NCBI RefSeq assembly: GCF_018350175.1
Contig: NC_058368.1
Location: 138,944,001 to 139,008,000 of the forward strand
Direction of reading: 5' to 3'
Origin: Felis catus
Taxonomy: Eukaryota
DNA: 64,000 bases
Positions 13,363 through 26,133 of this stretch are shown here, piece after piece. Under the pieces are notes generated by a model, which made no database searches, was not told the origin of the DNA, and worked only from the letters and a program-made list of their open reading frames with translations. Within the stretch, counting starts at the first letter, position 1. Each line of letters starts with the position of its first letter. The position numbers were made by a program, and so were the translations under genes.

Positions 13363-15622
13363 ATGCCCATTAAATGGATCCCAAATCCATTTGCTCAAAA
13401 TTCACAGATAAAAGGAGTAGTTTGTACTCAAAGAAACCAAGACTGCTCCCTCCTCAGAGAATAAGCTTTTAGAACTAGTAAGACATTAGCAAATAGCCCA
13501 TCTGAGCTACAAAGAAAAATAATGGTTTTGTTTTGTTAACACCGAGAAGTGCCATTACCTTTAAGGCTTCGTTATACATGGCTCAGGGAAGATTGCTACT
13601 GCTATTAACCAGAATGTTCTAACTGGATATTAGCTCATTTACAGACCAGAGTGAGGAGGTTTTTGCCCAGGTGACTTGTAACAAAATGAAATGAGCAGGT
13701 GTTATGTGTCCTGAAATTACTGTCAAGCTTTCGTGAGTTGTTAGATGCTGAGATGCTCTGAAAATTCTGCCTAAAATTGCAGCTTAGTTGTGAACAGAGC
13801 AATCATATCACTATGCTCAGGCAGATTATTGCCAAATGCTAAGAAATGTTCAAAAACATTTAGTCATCTCCCCAAATATAAAAAAGAAAGTGAAGAAACT
13901 GGCCCTTTTTAAGTAAGATGCTAAAAGCTGGGCCACTGGGGTGATGGCATCCCTTGTAAAAACAACTTCTGTCACCTTCCTACACATGCCCTGCCCACAT
14001 GAAATCATAGGGCCAGAGGACAAGATGATGGGGGTTGGGGGGGGCGGATTCGATCTTAGTCTTCAATTAGAACCCTCTTGAGTTCATTTGGATCTTCAAG
14101 GGCAGATGTCAGGACAGGAATAGACCAGCAAGAGATGTCTAGAGAGAAAGAACTTGCAGAATAAGGAGAGAGGACCAGGGAGAGCATTCAGACCACAGTG
14201 CAGGAGGACCCCTGGGACCTGACAGAAGGATGCAGAACATTCTTGTAAACACTCATGTTTCCCCATGGGTGGGGGGGGCCTTCTGTGTCGGGCAGGAGCT
14301 GCTCCATCTGTCATCTCTCTTACCTTATTCTGCCAGGTTCTGTTCAGTGCCACAGATGACAGAGTCTAGGGCTGTGCCCGTCATAGACTCTCTCATGCCT
14401 TTCCACGCCCACCCGCGAACAAGAGCTGTTGGTGCATAAGCCAACCTGGAGAGAGGAGAGATGCCCGGATCTCTGTCTCAGATTCTCCCCTCTCTGCTCC
14501 CCACTAAGAGCTAATGCCTGGCGCCGGCTTCCAGGTGCAATTATGGCAACACCTTCCCACCTCATGGTTCTTTCCTCTCTGGTTCTGAGAGCTCCTACGC
14601 TCTCAGTGATGTGTAGGAAGGAGTCATGCCCATCCCTTGTTGTCAGAGGCTAGACAAGATCTACTAATGACACCTATCACCTTGAGTGACACACTCAACG
14701 TTGCATGTCAGAGCACAAGCAGAGCCAACCAAGAGACGTCAAGATATCATGGTTCTCTGCCTTTCTCATGATTCTTGAAGGTCAGAAGAAGCGGTAAGTG
14801 CCATTTAGAGACTGTATAGGCAGTCACCGCCCTACAAAATTCCTCCCCACAAACTTCTCCACCCTTAGGGATACCAAGGCTGACAGGTGCCTCTTCATAG
14901 AAAGCTCAAGGAGTTCTGCCCTAACACTGGCCATCAAGGCCAAGCTCCTGTCATCCAAGAGAAACACTCTGCTCCCCTCCCAGACATCTTTAATCAACTC
15001 TGGTAAAACTTTTTGAAACACCCATTGTTCTGCCCAAATAGTTTAGTCTATCTCTTTGAACATTTCTACACTTCCAGTAAAGGGCATTAATTTTCTTTTC
15101 CCCAGCAAATAAAGCAACAAATGAAGAAATGAATTTCTAGCCACACACGGGCATTTGCACACCCACGCAGCCGTTTTACAAAATTAGTTTTCTGCTCCAG
15201 AGAAATACCTGAAAAGGAAAATGAAAATATATTACAGTAATTAAATTCTGACTGCCAAGTATTGCAGAGAGAAACCCTTGCAGAAATAAAATCTCTGAAT
15301 CAGCATTTACACAGTGAGTGCGGATATTCGTATACAGGTATTTGCCAAAATATAGGCTGTCGTTAAGTTATGGGTGAGTCGGTTCCGACAGTGTGAGTTG
15401 TAAGTTGCCAGTTCAGAAGGTGGGACACATACCCTATCGGCCATGAAATCACTGGGGGTTGGGTCACGATTAGCCATCGTGATGCCATTTCCTGAGCCTC
15501 TACTAGTGTCGGCCTGGTTCTGGGTCCTGGGAAAACAGACACAGGAATGGGAAGAAGAGGTTTTTTTCTTGTTCCAGTACTTGGAATCCATTCACAATGA
15601 CACTTTTAAAAATATATATTGA

Positions 15623-15868
15623 GGGGCGCCTGGGTGGCTCAGTCGGTTGAGCGTCCGACTTCGGCTCAGGTCATGATCTCATGGTCCGTGAGTTCCAGCC
15701 CCGCGTCGGGCTCTGGGCTGATGGCTCAGAGCCTGGAGCCTGTTTCAGATTCTGCGTCTCCCTCTCTCTCTGACCCTCCCCTGTTCATGCTCTGTCTCTC
15801 TCTGTCTCAAAAATAAATAAATGTTTAAAAAAATTTAAATAAATAAATAAATAAATAAAAATAAAAAT
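15623..15868 (+). mobile_element. SINEC
   Basis: TSD aaaatatatat; (AAAT)n tail. Confidence 0.95.
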
Positions 15869-15944
15869 ATATATTGTATGCTTGATGAAACAATGTACTG
15901 CACACCCCAGAAAGACTCCTTTGCTTCTAAGGTAATTTTTTTTT

Positions 15945-16250
15945 TTTTTGGCATTTAATAAACATTTTTTAGAACAGGTTTAGGTTCACAGCAAAGTTGA
16001 GAGGAAAGGGTAGAGCGACCCCCTCAGGCACACACACAACCTCCCCCCTGCCAACATCTGGCACCGCACAAAACACCTCTACTTACACATCCTTACCACC
16101 CGACATCCATAGTGTGCGTTAGGATTCACTCCTGGTGATGCACATTCTATGGGTTTTGACAAATGTGTGATGGCAAGCACTCACCTTTGTAGTCTCATAC
16201 AGAGTAGTTCCATGGCCCTAAAAATCTTCTGGGTCCTACGTAGTCATCCG
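15945..16250 (-). mobile_element. Old L1 (L1MC/ME-type) 3' fragment
   Basis: ttttagaacaggtttaggttcacagcaaagttgag...gtgatgcacattctatgggttttgacaaatg. Confidence 0.6.
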
Positions 16251-16759
16251 CCCTTCCTCTCTAACCATAATATTTGGAAGTAAAATTTTGCCTTTCTCAT
16301 TCTTCTCCCACCTGCTACTACTACACCTCCAGGCTTCCTACCTCCTGGTGTTCCCCCTGGGGGTGCCATAGTGTCTGAATCCCACTCAGGCAAGCGCCCT
16401 GCTAGGGTACCCGGAAGCCGCCTGTCAGCACTCCCAAGCTGCACCCACCCTTCCAACTGGCCTGGTTTATATAAACGTGTGAATGACTAACAGCCCCCTC
16501 AGAAGGGGCCTGGGCACGTTGGTGGACCCCCATCCATCTCCTCAGCAAGTGCACTCTCAGAAAGTGCCAGAAAGGGATGCGAAGTGGGTCACGACCCACC
16601 AGACGCCTATCCCTCAGTGTCCTTCACCTTTTTCCTCTTTCTCCCTTCCTTTCCTCCCGAGAATACAAATGATGTCAAAATTCCAAGATTCATTCTCTCA
16701 GAATGGTTCTCCTGGCGTCAATGCTTGGCCAGAAGGTATGTGGGTAGCTGAGTGAGACC

Positions 16760-16867
16760 AGAGAGAGAGAGATTTTTCTAAAATAATCTCTAGGCCTAAC
16801 GTGGGCCTTGAACTCACAACCCCGGGATCAAGAGTTGGAGCTCCACGGACGGCCAGACAGGCGCCCC
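16760..16867 (-). mobile_element. Short older SINEC
   Basis: Reverse head ...gccagacaggcgcccc. Confidence 0.7.
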
Positions 16868-17826
16868 GAGAGACATTCAGTTCTCACTTTGCGGGTGCCT
16901 AGTTGTGTCCCCCAAGAGGCTGATTTCATCTTCTTTGTGGGTACAGCTTTACATGGACACATTCTCTCAGCCTTTACAGGATATCCAATAAACACCTCCC
17001 AGTACTATCTACAAAGTGGGTGTAAAATAACTTTTTGTAACAAAACAAATCATTTGATAACACACCAGAAGGATCAGTGAGTGACTTTGCTGAAATTCCA
17101 ACTGCCTTTCCTCCGCACAGACCTCCATCTTTCTTCAGATAAAGATTAGGTTGCCAAGGAAACAGGACCAGAGAGAGAAAGACAGAAACTTTGTCTCGTT
17201 TGCTTCCCCAGGAATCACAAAGCAAGCTGGGCTATAAACAGAGCTGGACAAGATTATGATAGATTTATAATTTACTTAGGCAAATTACTTTTAATTCACA
17301 GTCATGCCTCAGCGTACATTTTTTTTTTCCTCTGAAATTTAGGTCTTAAACTTTGCGGCCCAATGTCTGACAAATAACAGAGCTTTAAAATTCATTGTCT
17401 ACGATTAAACTCAAATGCAGGACAGATGGCTTGTCTGAGTATGTGTCAGACAGGCAAAGCACTTAAGATTTGTGACAGGCACGACCAGGAATTAACTGCT
17501 AAATTTTTGCATTTATTCATACATTCATGTGCACCACGAATATGGCTGTAAAAACTTACTTAAGTGTTCTCGCTTTTTTTCAAAATATTCCCAAACAAAG
17601 CAATTGCTCTCCTTTTGGCCAACCAGATGCCCTAATCTCAACCCCATTAACTCAAAATCCATTTTTTCTCACATGTATGGCACACATTTCATTTTATTCC
17701 ATCAGGACGAAAACAGGATCCTTCTGCAAACCCCGTTTGCCCAGAACGCACAGTGTTGAGCCCCACTTCATTTTTGTGACCCTTTTTATTGAAATATTTA
17801 ATTATTTTATTGAACAAACATTTGTC

Positions 17827-18349
17827 TGCGAGAGTACACAAAGGCCCGCCAAATGAGAGCAGGCAGAGGTTATTTACTCAGAGCTTGCTACAGCAAGAGT
17901 AGCAATGTCACTTGCCTTCTGGCGGAGTCTCAAAGGCTGGCTGAGGAGTGAGACAGCTCTAGAGGGGAGGAGGAAAGGGAAGGCTTCGGCTCTGCCCTGA
18001 TCGGAGGCAGGTGGCCTGGGGAAGCTGTCGGTGGGCTGATGAAAAGTGGGTGATGGTCAGGGGTGCCTGTTTGACTCTGGCTGGCCCTAAATCGGAAGCA
18101 AGGACACAAATCAGGGAATGCATCCGTTATCAACCAGAATGCTGGCCATTTTGAGGCAGTTGTTACACGGGGTGTTTGGCTTCCTCAACCAGTTGCTAGA
18201 GATAGTGGTCTGACTTTCCCACAAGTCTGGCTTCAACTGCGGGCTGGCTGCTAGAGATTAGGGTTTCCCGAGCTACTTGTTGCAGTCTGTGGGTCAGAGT
18301 TCTCTTCCTATTATGGTCTGGCTGTTGTCCATTGTACATTCAACCTCTC
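17827..18349 (-). mobile_element. Old ERV solo LTR
   Basis: tg...ctctca termini; tttattt (poly-A signal on minus) at ~17870. Confidence 0.45.
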
Positions 18350-18689
18350 AGTCAATAAAAGTTGTACAAACAGAAAAGTACACGAGGCATAAGCGTACAG
18401 CTCCATAAATTCTCAAATGTAACAGCCACCCGGGGCAGGGGGGCCTTTATTTTTAAATTCTCCACAATCTTGTCTTCAGAGCATGTTGTCAAGGGGCATT
18501 TTGTGCTTCTTCAGTCCTCGTGTCTTAGGGCCGGACTCTCCAGCTGTAGCTCCCTTGGATCTTCTCGTGAAGTGAAGTCTTGCTGGAAGTGCGGGACACA
18601 AAGAGCCCTGAGTTTCCTACAGTCGGGCTCAGCCCTGTGAATCCCTTCTCCACATTCCTGGATGGAGAGGAGCAGGTCGGAGAGCAGGC

Positions 18690-18870
18690 CTTGAAACCCA
18701 GGCTCCACCACTCCCTTGGGCAAGTTAGATAATCTCTCCAAGCCTGTTTCTTCATCTACAAAGTGAGGGTAATGATAGTGCCTGGCTATCAGGGTCGCTG
18801 TGAGGACAGAGTTAGGTGGTGGGTCCGCACGCCTTCACGCAATCCTTTGCATGAAATAGGCACTAGCATT
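18690..18870 (+). mobile_element. MIR
   Basis: ccttgggcaagtta..aatctctc.aagcctgtttcttcatctacaaagtgagggtaatgatagtg. Confidence 0.65.
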
Positions 18871-18919
18871 TAGATTTAGCAGGTGTATTTCTCCTAGCAG
18901 TGTTTCAAAATGATGACGG

Positions 18920-19027
18920 AGGGGCGCCTGGCTGGCTCAGTCGGAGGAGCGTGTGACTTTTGATCCTCAGGGTTGTGAGTTTGTGCCCCACATTGGGAGT
19001 AGAGATTACTTAAAAAAATAAAATCTT
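18920..19027 (+). mobile_element. Short older SINEC
   Basis: Head plus gtagagattacttaaaaaaataaaatct end. Confidence 0.85.
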
Positions 19028-19028
19028 T

Positions 19029-19272
19029 GGGACACCTGGGTGGCTCAGTGAGTTAAGCGTCCAACTCTTGACATCGGCTCAGGACATGAGCTCACACTTT
19101 GTGAGTTCGAGCCCCACGTTGGGCCCTGTCCTGACAGCACAGAGGCTGCTTGGGATTCTCTCTCTCTCACTCTCTCTCTGCTCAGGCTCTCTTTTTCTCC
19201 AAAACAAACAAACAAAACCAAAAACCAAAACAACTTTAAAAATAAAATCAAATCTTTCAAAATAAAAATTAA
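19029..19272 (+). mobile_element. SINEC
   Basis: Consensus match. Confidence 0.9.
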
Positions 19273-19352
19273 AACGATGGCTGAAAATCATCAAGAACCT
19301 ACTATACGCCAGGCACTAAGTATAGTGCTTTGTCTTAAATTTGTGAAGTATT

Positions 19353-19525
19353 GGGCACCTGGGTGGCTCAGTTGGTAAAGTGTCCGACTCCGGCTCGGGT
19401 CACGATCTCACAACTCATGAGTTCAAGCCCCGCGTTGGGCTCTGTGCTGACAGCTCAGAGCCTAGAGCCTGTTCCAGATTCTGTGTCTCCCTCTCTCTCT
19501 GCCCCTCTCTCTCAAAACTAACATT
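19353..19525 (+). mobile_element. SINEC
   Basis: TSD ttaaatttgtgaa. Confidence 0.9.
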
Positions 19526-19681
19526 TGATTTTTTTTTTAATTTAAATTTGTGAATTATTAACTCTTCCTATTAGAGAGTATTAATCCTTATTTTATAAAT
19601 GAAGGAGCTGAGGTTCAGAGACGTTAAGAAAGTTCTGGATTTACCTACATTTTTTGTGAGGATTAAGAGAGAACCTAAAGT

Positions 19682-19897
19682 GGGGCGCCTGGGTGGCGCA
19701 GTCAGTTAAGCGTCCGCCTTCAGCCAGGTCACGATCTCGTGGTCCGCGAGTTCGAGCCCCGCGTCGGGCTCTGGGCTGATGGCTCGGAGCTTGGAGCCTG
19801 TTTCCGATTCTGTGTCTCCCTCTCTCTCTGCCCCTCCCCCGTTCATGCTCTGTCTCTCTCTGTCCTAAAAATGAATAAATGTTGAAAAAAAAATTTA
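19682..19897 (+). mobile_element. Young felid SINE
   Basis: TSD aagagagaacctaaag (19665-19680 / 19897-19912). Confidence 0.95.
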
Positions 19898-19989
19898 AGA
19901 GAGAACCTAAAGCACGTCCTTCGTGTCGTCTGAGCACGACGTAATCAATCAACGAGGCTACAGTTTAAAGTGACTCTCTGTGTGGTTGC

Positions 19990-20475
19990 CAATCCATTCA
20001 TTCCTCCGTTCATCCTCACTAACAAAATCACATTTTTGTGTGGGCTGACAATGTGTTCCAATGAAAGCACGCCTCTCTTCGGTCTCCCCCTTATTTCTTA
20101 GAAGTTCACGTGACCTGGTTCTGGCCAACAAGAGAGAAGGGTGAGTCTCCTAGGTGGGTCCTTTGTTAAACCATTACTGTCCCCAGAAAAGAGAAGAGCT
20201 TCGTCTGGCCCATGCTTCTCTCCCTTAGCCTGTCCCCATCTTTGCTGACTGGAGAGCCCATGTGACGCCATGAGCTACAGCTGCTATCCTGAGGCCCACA
20301 GGTCCGTGCCCGAGGTGGCAAAGCAGCAGGAGCAGCCCCAGACCTCCGTGGGCTTGTGCACGGCACCGTTACAGCCCTGGGCTGCCAGCTGCCGAACAGT
20401 CTCACCCCTGCGGTTAAGCCACCATCATCGCCAGATTCCTGTTTTCCTATTACACGCAACCGAAGGCGAGCCAAA
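19990..20475 (+). mobile_element. MLT1-type MaLR LTR
   Basis: gtgacctggttctggccaa...gagctacagctgctatcctgag...ttaagccac. Confidence 0.55.
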
Positions 20476-21639
20476 CCAGTTCATCCGCTGTTTTGGGCGA
20501 CCCGAACGTCTGAATGAAATGAAATGTCCAAATTAACAAAAATCAAGTATTTGAAGTATCTTCTCTACTCCACTCTCCCTACATGCCCTCCCTGAGATGA
20601 TCAAGAGAAAGAACTGCTGGGTATGAAGGGTTGGTTTCCAATCATCTCCCTAGGAGTCATTCTCAACCTTTCTGAGGATTCACATCAAGACTTTTGCTGA
20701 CCATCCAAGTCCCACGTGTCGACTCCCGGCTGCTAACTTTTCCCTCTTCCCTGTCATATGGTGTTGTATATTGTGTCATCAACAGGGTTTCCATGGGTCA
20801 TCAGCACCCTGCCCATGGGATCTGAGGCCTCCAAAACTTGGCACTAGACCAGCCTCTCCCAGCACAGACAGCACTGGATGATCCTTCTGTAAAGCCCAAG
20901 GCATCTGCTCTGGCATTTTGGTCAAAGTCCAAAGGCTATAATTGCATTCTGCCTACCCGTGAGCTCTCCTAGAGTTCTAATTAGGTAGCATTTATTGCCT
21001 CTCCGAAAAAGATTATGCCCAACATTGCTCTGCACATTAAAACAGCAAGGAGCCCAGCCCAAGTGATAAAGGAGCATCTTGTTGTGACAGGAAGTGATCG
21101 TGAGGTGGGGGTGAAAGTCTTCCTCAGTCTTTATACTGAGCCAGCTGGGACACTGGCTCTCAAACTTGGGGGAAGCTACGTGTATCAGAGGGATTAAACT
21201 TGTGTTTTTCTGTGCCAATCCAGGGAAAGAATAGGCATATATTCCCACTTACTTTAAATGATTTCTAAGGCACAGCAGATGAAAAGGGGATTGAACTCCA
21301 ACCCCTTCTCTGTTTTCCAACCAAAATATAACCCACACGAGCTGGATTTAAAAGGTCACTTCTTCTATACATTACACACGCGGTCTTAACATTGCATGAT
21401 ACGTGACTTTTTATATTCTAAGCGACGAATAACCCAGAACTGAGGTGTTTTGCTTCGCTTAAAGAAATATCCTGAAAGGCCAACATTTTTAATGATTCAA
21501 TGCGCAAAACTGCTTTCCTGACTGTACGTGACTAGATGGCCCAAGAAAGGCCTTCAGAAAATACACGCGACGATCCTCACCGTGATTAAGCTAGAAAGGA
21601 CACAAGATTTCCGCAGATTAAGTTCTGCTGTATTAAAAT

Positions 21640-21684
21640 AAAGACTCACACACACAATGAAGAGAAGAACTCTAATAATTTATT
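21640..21684 (-). terminator. ENC1 polyadenylation signal and GU-rich downstream element
   Basis: tttatt at 21679-21684 (AATAAA on minus), followed on minus by TTGTGTGTGTGAGTCTT about 25-45 nt downstream. Confidence 0.8.
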
Positions 21685-24286
21685 TGACCTTCAGTTTCAC
21701 ATTGTGAAAAACAAAAATAACAGTTTTACAAAACCTCCAAAATGTAGTAGTGGCAACCGAGCACATACGAACACGAACACTTCACTTCAACTTACACGGA
21801 GTTTTGTACGTGAACCACATATTCAACAGCCAAGAGAGGGATATTATTCAGCTCTAATCACTCTTATTCAGACAGGTGTCAAGCCCAGAGAAAAGGGGGC
21901 TACACAATTATACCAGAAGTGGAAGGCTGCCCTTTGTTATCTGTTTCCACAGCAACCAGTCCACAGAATAAGAAGAACCTTCTCTGTCTTCTGCCAAGGT
22001 TTTTGTGTGCACTGTGCTGTGAATTGTGTTTGCTTCAAAGTGGGGGACGTTTCACAGGGTGAGAATGGTCAAGTAGTGAGCCCAAATGCCTACATCAATT
22101 CAAAGAGCGGGAGTCCAGAAAGTTCCCTGCAGGCTGGGGGCCCACCCTGACCACGGCTCCCTCTGGCTCACACACAGTAATTAATAGAGGATTCAAGGAC
22201 AGACCACAACTTTGAAACAGCTGCAGAAAATTCATCCCGCTTTCAGAAGTCACGCAGTGACACACACACATCTCGGCAGATTTGCATCATAAACCGGAGA
22301 GCTGTAAGAGCTACAGTATAAACGCCACCCCTCTGCTGCCAGGGTGCAATTAGACATTTGCATGGCTTGCAACACATCTAGGAGCGAGGGGCTGACTGCT
22401 GGAAAAGTACTGGGATGCTTTTATTCCAACGGCTCATTGCTTTTGGTCCAGCGATAGCCCACTTACTCGTGGCACGAACAGACAGGGACAGTTAGTCTAA
22501 AGCATCCAGGTAAAGAGAAATGCGAAGGGTTGATCTGTCACTAGACAATGCAAACACACTCACGATGTAAAAGGTTGTTGTTATCAGTCCTAAGCTCTAT
22601 TTTCTAAACTACGGTAACGTGAACAGCACGGATGAAAGCGGTGCTGACTGGCAACCCCTGGCCTTCCCCCGACGCCCCTGAGGAAGCGCCTCGTGGGGTC
22701 CGGCACTAATACCTATCACGGCACACGGTTAGTAAACAAACACTCGAACTTGCAAAGAATGTATTCACAACAGGTTCCCACCTAGCCCGGAAAAACCTCT
22801 CAACGGGGGCCACTGCTCGTAATTCTTTGGTGTCTCCCTGCCAGATGTGTCACTTTTACACACCAAAGAGTTCTTTTAGAGACCTCGCGAAGGGTGAGCG
22901 CTGAAGTCTACCCTGTGCCAACGTGAACGCGGTCTTGAAGAACTTCTAACGCCTGCGACGACGTCGTAAGGCGAGAAGCGAGAACAATGCATCCAGGTCG
23001 AGCAAATCTGGCGAGCGAATGCACGGACGTCTGTTGACAATTCGGCCTTTTCCTGGTAACTGTGGTTATGGCAAAGCATTTTCACAGGGTAATAAATAGA
23101 GAAATAAATAAACTCGGGGGCAATGCCTTTACCTGTGCCCTATATACAAAACGATGCCATAGCATTTTCCAGGATTTCAGGATACGACACAAAGAAAAAA
23201 AAAAAACCGCGAGGCGACTTGGTCCTTTCCAAATTTCAGTAGCTGAGATTGAAGTGGGCGAACCGGATGGGAAGGAGCAGGGCAGAAGGAAGCCTTCCCT
23301 CTCACCCCATGAGCCATCAGCATGAGTAGGGCCCACGAAACACCATTAAAAGTGAGTGAGTCTGAGAAAAGCGACCTCCGTGCGTCCTCTACCTCTACGA
23401 TGTGATTTGTTTTTGTTTTGTACTCCTTCCCTGCCTTGACATTTACAAACCCACCCCCCCTTCCCAACCCACCCTCCAGTTATACTCCAAACAGTAACTC
23501 CCAAGTTTTCATATTTGTGCAGCAAAGCGCTTCACCAACAGCCACAAAATTGTGCAAAACATACAACCATCCACACACATCCATACACGTGAAGACCATT
23601 TTAAGCACTGTTTCAGCATGCAGGCCTCAAACAATAAATAGCTCAATCTATAACAAACTTCTTAACAGCCAAGGGAAAGTTTAAAGTCACTTATAAATAG
23701 AAAAGAACATCCACCAAATGCCTACCAACAATGGCCCCATTGTTCAGAACCTTCCTGGGGAGCACAACCCCTCAGAGATTAGTGGAGAGTCCAGGGGTCC
23801 TCACTCTGCGGCCAGCCAAGCCAGCTCCCCTCCTGGCCCCACAGTTGGGCTTTCAATCTCCAACAGCAGCTGGTGTGGAGGCTTCAAGCTTGCTCCTCGG
23901 AGAGAGGTGACAACCATTTCAAATTTTACACATAAATGGTGGAGCCCATGGAAATCAAATGCTGAATATGGTACAGCAAGGGAAAAGGCCCGGCTTTTCT
24001 CTCCCTTTGAGGGGCTGATTAACGCTGACATTAATCCACAATTACAAGACAAGGACTAGATCACAGGTTCATCCATTCATATTTAAACCATGTGCTACTT
24101 GCACTGAAAATCCCACCCCCTCCCCCACCCCCTCCTTCATGTCCAGTTAGAGCATTTACAAGGTGCAGTGGATTGTAATCGAGTCTTGTAGCAACTTCTT
24201 TTCCTTTTTCTTTTCTTCCTCCTCATTAAGTTTGGCCTCTCCAAAGTCGAAATCTTGGTTTTTGTCTCGCCAAGTGATGGAGTGAG
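21660..24286 (-). other. ENC1: ENC1 exon 3 (non-coding 3'UTR)
   Basis: Acceptor TACTAAC...TTCCCTCTGTTTTAG|CTCACTCC at 24288-24287; no SINEs inside; ends at AATAAA (21684-21679). The sequence resembles my recollection of the human ENC1 3'UTR. Confidence 0.82.
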
Positions 24287-24314
24287 CTAAAACAGAGGGA
24301 ACGAAAGGATTCTT

Positions 24315-24321
24315 GTTAGTA
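24315..24321 (-). promoter_or_regulatory. Consensus branchpoint TACTAAC of ENC1 intron 2
   Basis: gttagta on the plus strand; branch A lies 30 nt upstream of the 3' splice site. Confidence 0.75.
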
Positions 24322-25420
24322 GCCTCGAAATCTACAAAAAAGGTAACATCAGGACAGAGCCGGTCAATATTGCTTCTAAAGGTCTTAAGTACTTGTTCAG
24401 TAGCAAGTGTGCAAGGATAAAGCGCTTGCCTTTGATGCACACGCATGGGGTGTGCACGGATACGGAAGACTAGCTGAACAGACACAACGGTGCCCAAAGA
24501 AAAATCTTCATTTCTCTACTAAACCTTAAACGTGCGTATGTTCAAATACAAACTTATATACGTCCAGGTGCTGTTATGAGTGGCCACCTTCCGCTTCCAA
24601 CATTCATAATTCATCTCCATGGTTAAGCAGAGCCACTGTGAAGCGATCGGCCGAGGGTCAAAAAAGATTCTTGGGCAAACCCTCCTTGGCCCATTTCCCA
24701 CAAAGGATCCCCAAATCAATTTATTCACCATATAGAAGGCAGACATATTAATCCTCTTATTTAAATGCATCTCTGCTATTCATTACGGCAGAAATCAGTC
24801 TCGCTTCCTTTCACACGACTAACATACCAGGCCTCCACAGCCCAAGGCTGGGAGTTTATTCTCCACGTTCGTCAGTCCACACTTGGGAGACGCCAGCTAT
24901 GGTATGCACTTATGATCTACAGACTACCGACGTCAAGCGTGAATATAAATTCAGGGAAGCCATAACCACAGAGGCCACACATTGCACGGGAGCCGCTATC
25001 TCCTCACACAAGCCGCCATCCCCACCCGCTGTTATCCAATTTTATAGATACGGGGAAAATTCTGCACAGGGTTTTTGTCTCTCAAACACTCGCCCTATCT
25101 GTTCAGAGAGCACATTTCCAGCACCAGTGGAGGAATCTCATTCCTGCTGCTAGAACTCTAAGTGCACACAAAGGGAACGCAGGAGGGGCTGCTCATTACT
25201 TGCCCTGAATTCTTCTCGCTTTTGTGTGCTCAGAAGTCTGATTCATTTCGTTAGTTGTTTCTTTTGGCAGTTTCATAACCGTGATTCAAGCTCTCAAGGC
25301 ATTCCTTAGACTACAGAGTCATCCTTCTACCCCACCTCCCAGTAACCTATAGATCAACATTCGGCCACAAGAATGTACCTTGTAATAACACGACACTTCA
25401 CGATGCTGCATACTCAAATA

Positions 25421-25470
25421 GGGAAGGGGAAGAGGAAGGGGAAGGGGAAGGGAAAGGGAAGGGAAAGGAA
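25421..25470 (+). repeat. (GGGAA/GGGGAA)n purine repeat in ENC1 intron 2
   Basis: Direct inspection. Confidence 0.85.
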
Positions 25471-25575
25471 ATATCTCAACAAGGAAGAAATAAATCAAAA
25501 TCCAAAAGCTGTCACGTGTCAGGCTGAAGCCACACAGCACCATGAAAACGGGAGAGTAATCAAAAGTAATTTCCT

Positions 25576-25795
25576 GGGGCGCCCGGGTGGCTCAGTCGGT
25601 TGAGCATCCGACTTCGGCTCAGGTCATGATCTCACAGCTCATGAGTTCGAGCCCCACGTCGGGCTCTGTGCTGACAGCTCGGAGCCTGGAGCCTGCTTCG
25701 GATTCTGTGTCTCTCTCTCTCTGTGCTCCTAACCCACTCGCATTCTGTCTCTCTCAAAAATAAATAAACATTAAAAGAAAACAAAATTTTTTTTA
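25576..25795 (+). mobile_element. SINEC in ENC1 intron 2 (antisense to the gene)
   Basis: TSD gtaatttcct. Confidence 0.95.
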
Positions 25796-26133
25796 CGTAA
25801 TTTCCTTTTCGTCCTTCCCACCCACTGACAGAGCAGCAGGAGAGTAAAATCCCCTTGGTGAATGAGCTTTTAGACCTAGGGAAACTTCTTGTTAACACTG
25901 TATTAATTCAGTTAGCACCTACACTTGGAGATCAAAGAGATGTCCCGGAAGTTTTGGCAGTTTAGGGCTGATACCTACACAGCACCTCTTTTAAGTCACT
26001 CCATGGAGCTTAAGTGTTTTAACACTATCTTGTGTGCAGAAAACTCGAGAAATTTAAGCCAACATTCTCCCTATCGGAAACCGCAAGGGTGGCTTTGAGC
26101 AGGCTCAGGCCGCCCTTTAAAAAGGCAAGCCGG

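Noticed and set aside
22420..22425. Internal AATAAA on the minus strand in the 3'UTR
   Set aside because: No convincing GU/U-rich downstream element; cannot be supported as an alternative poly-A site without 3'-end data
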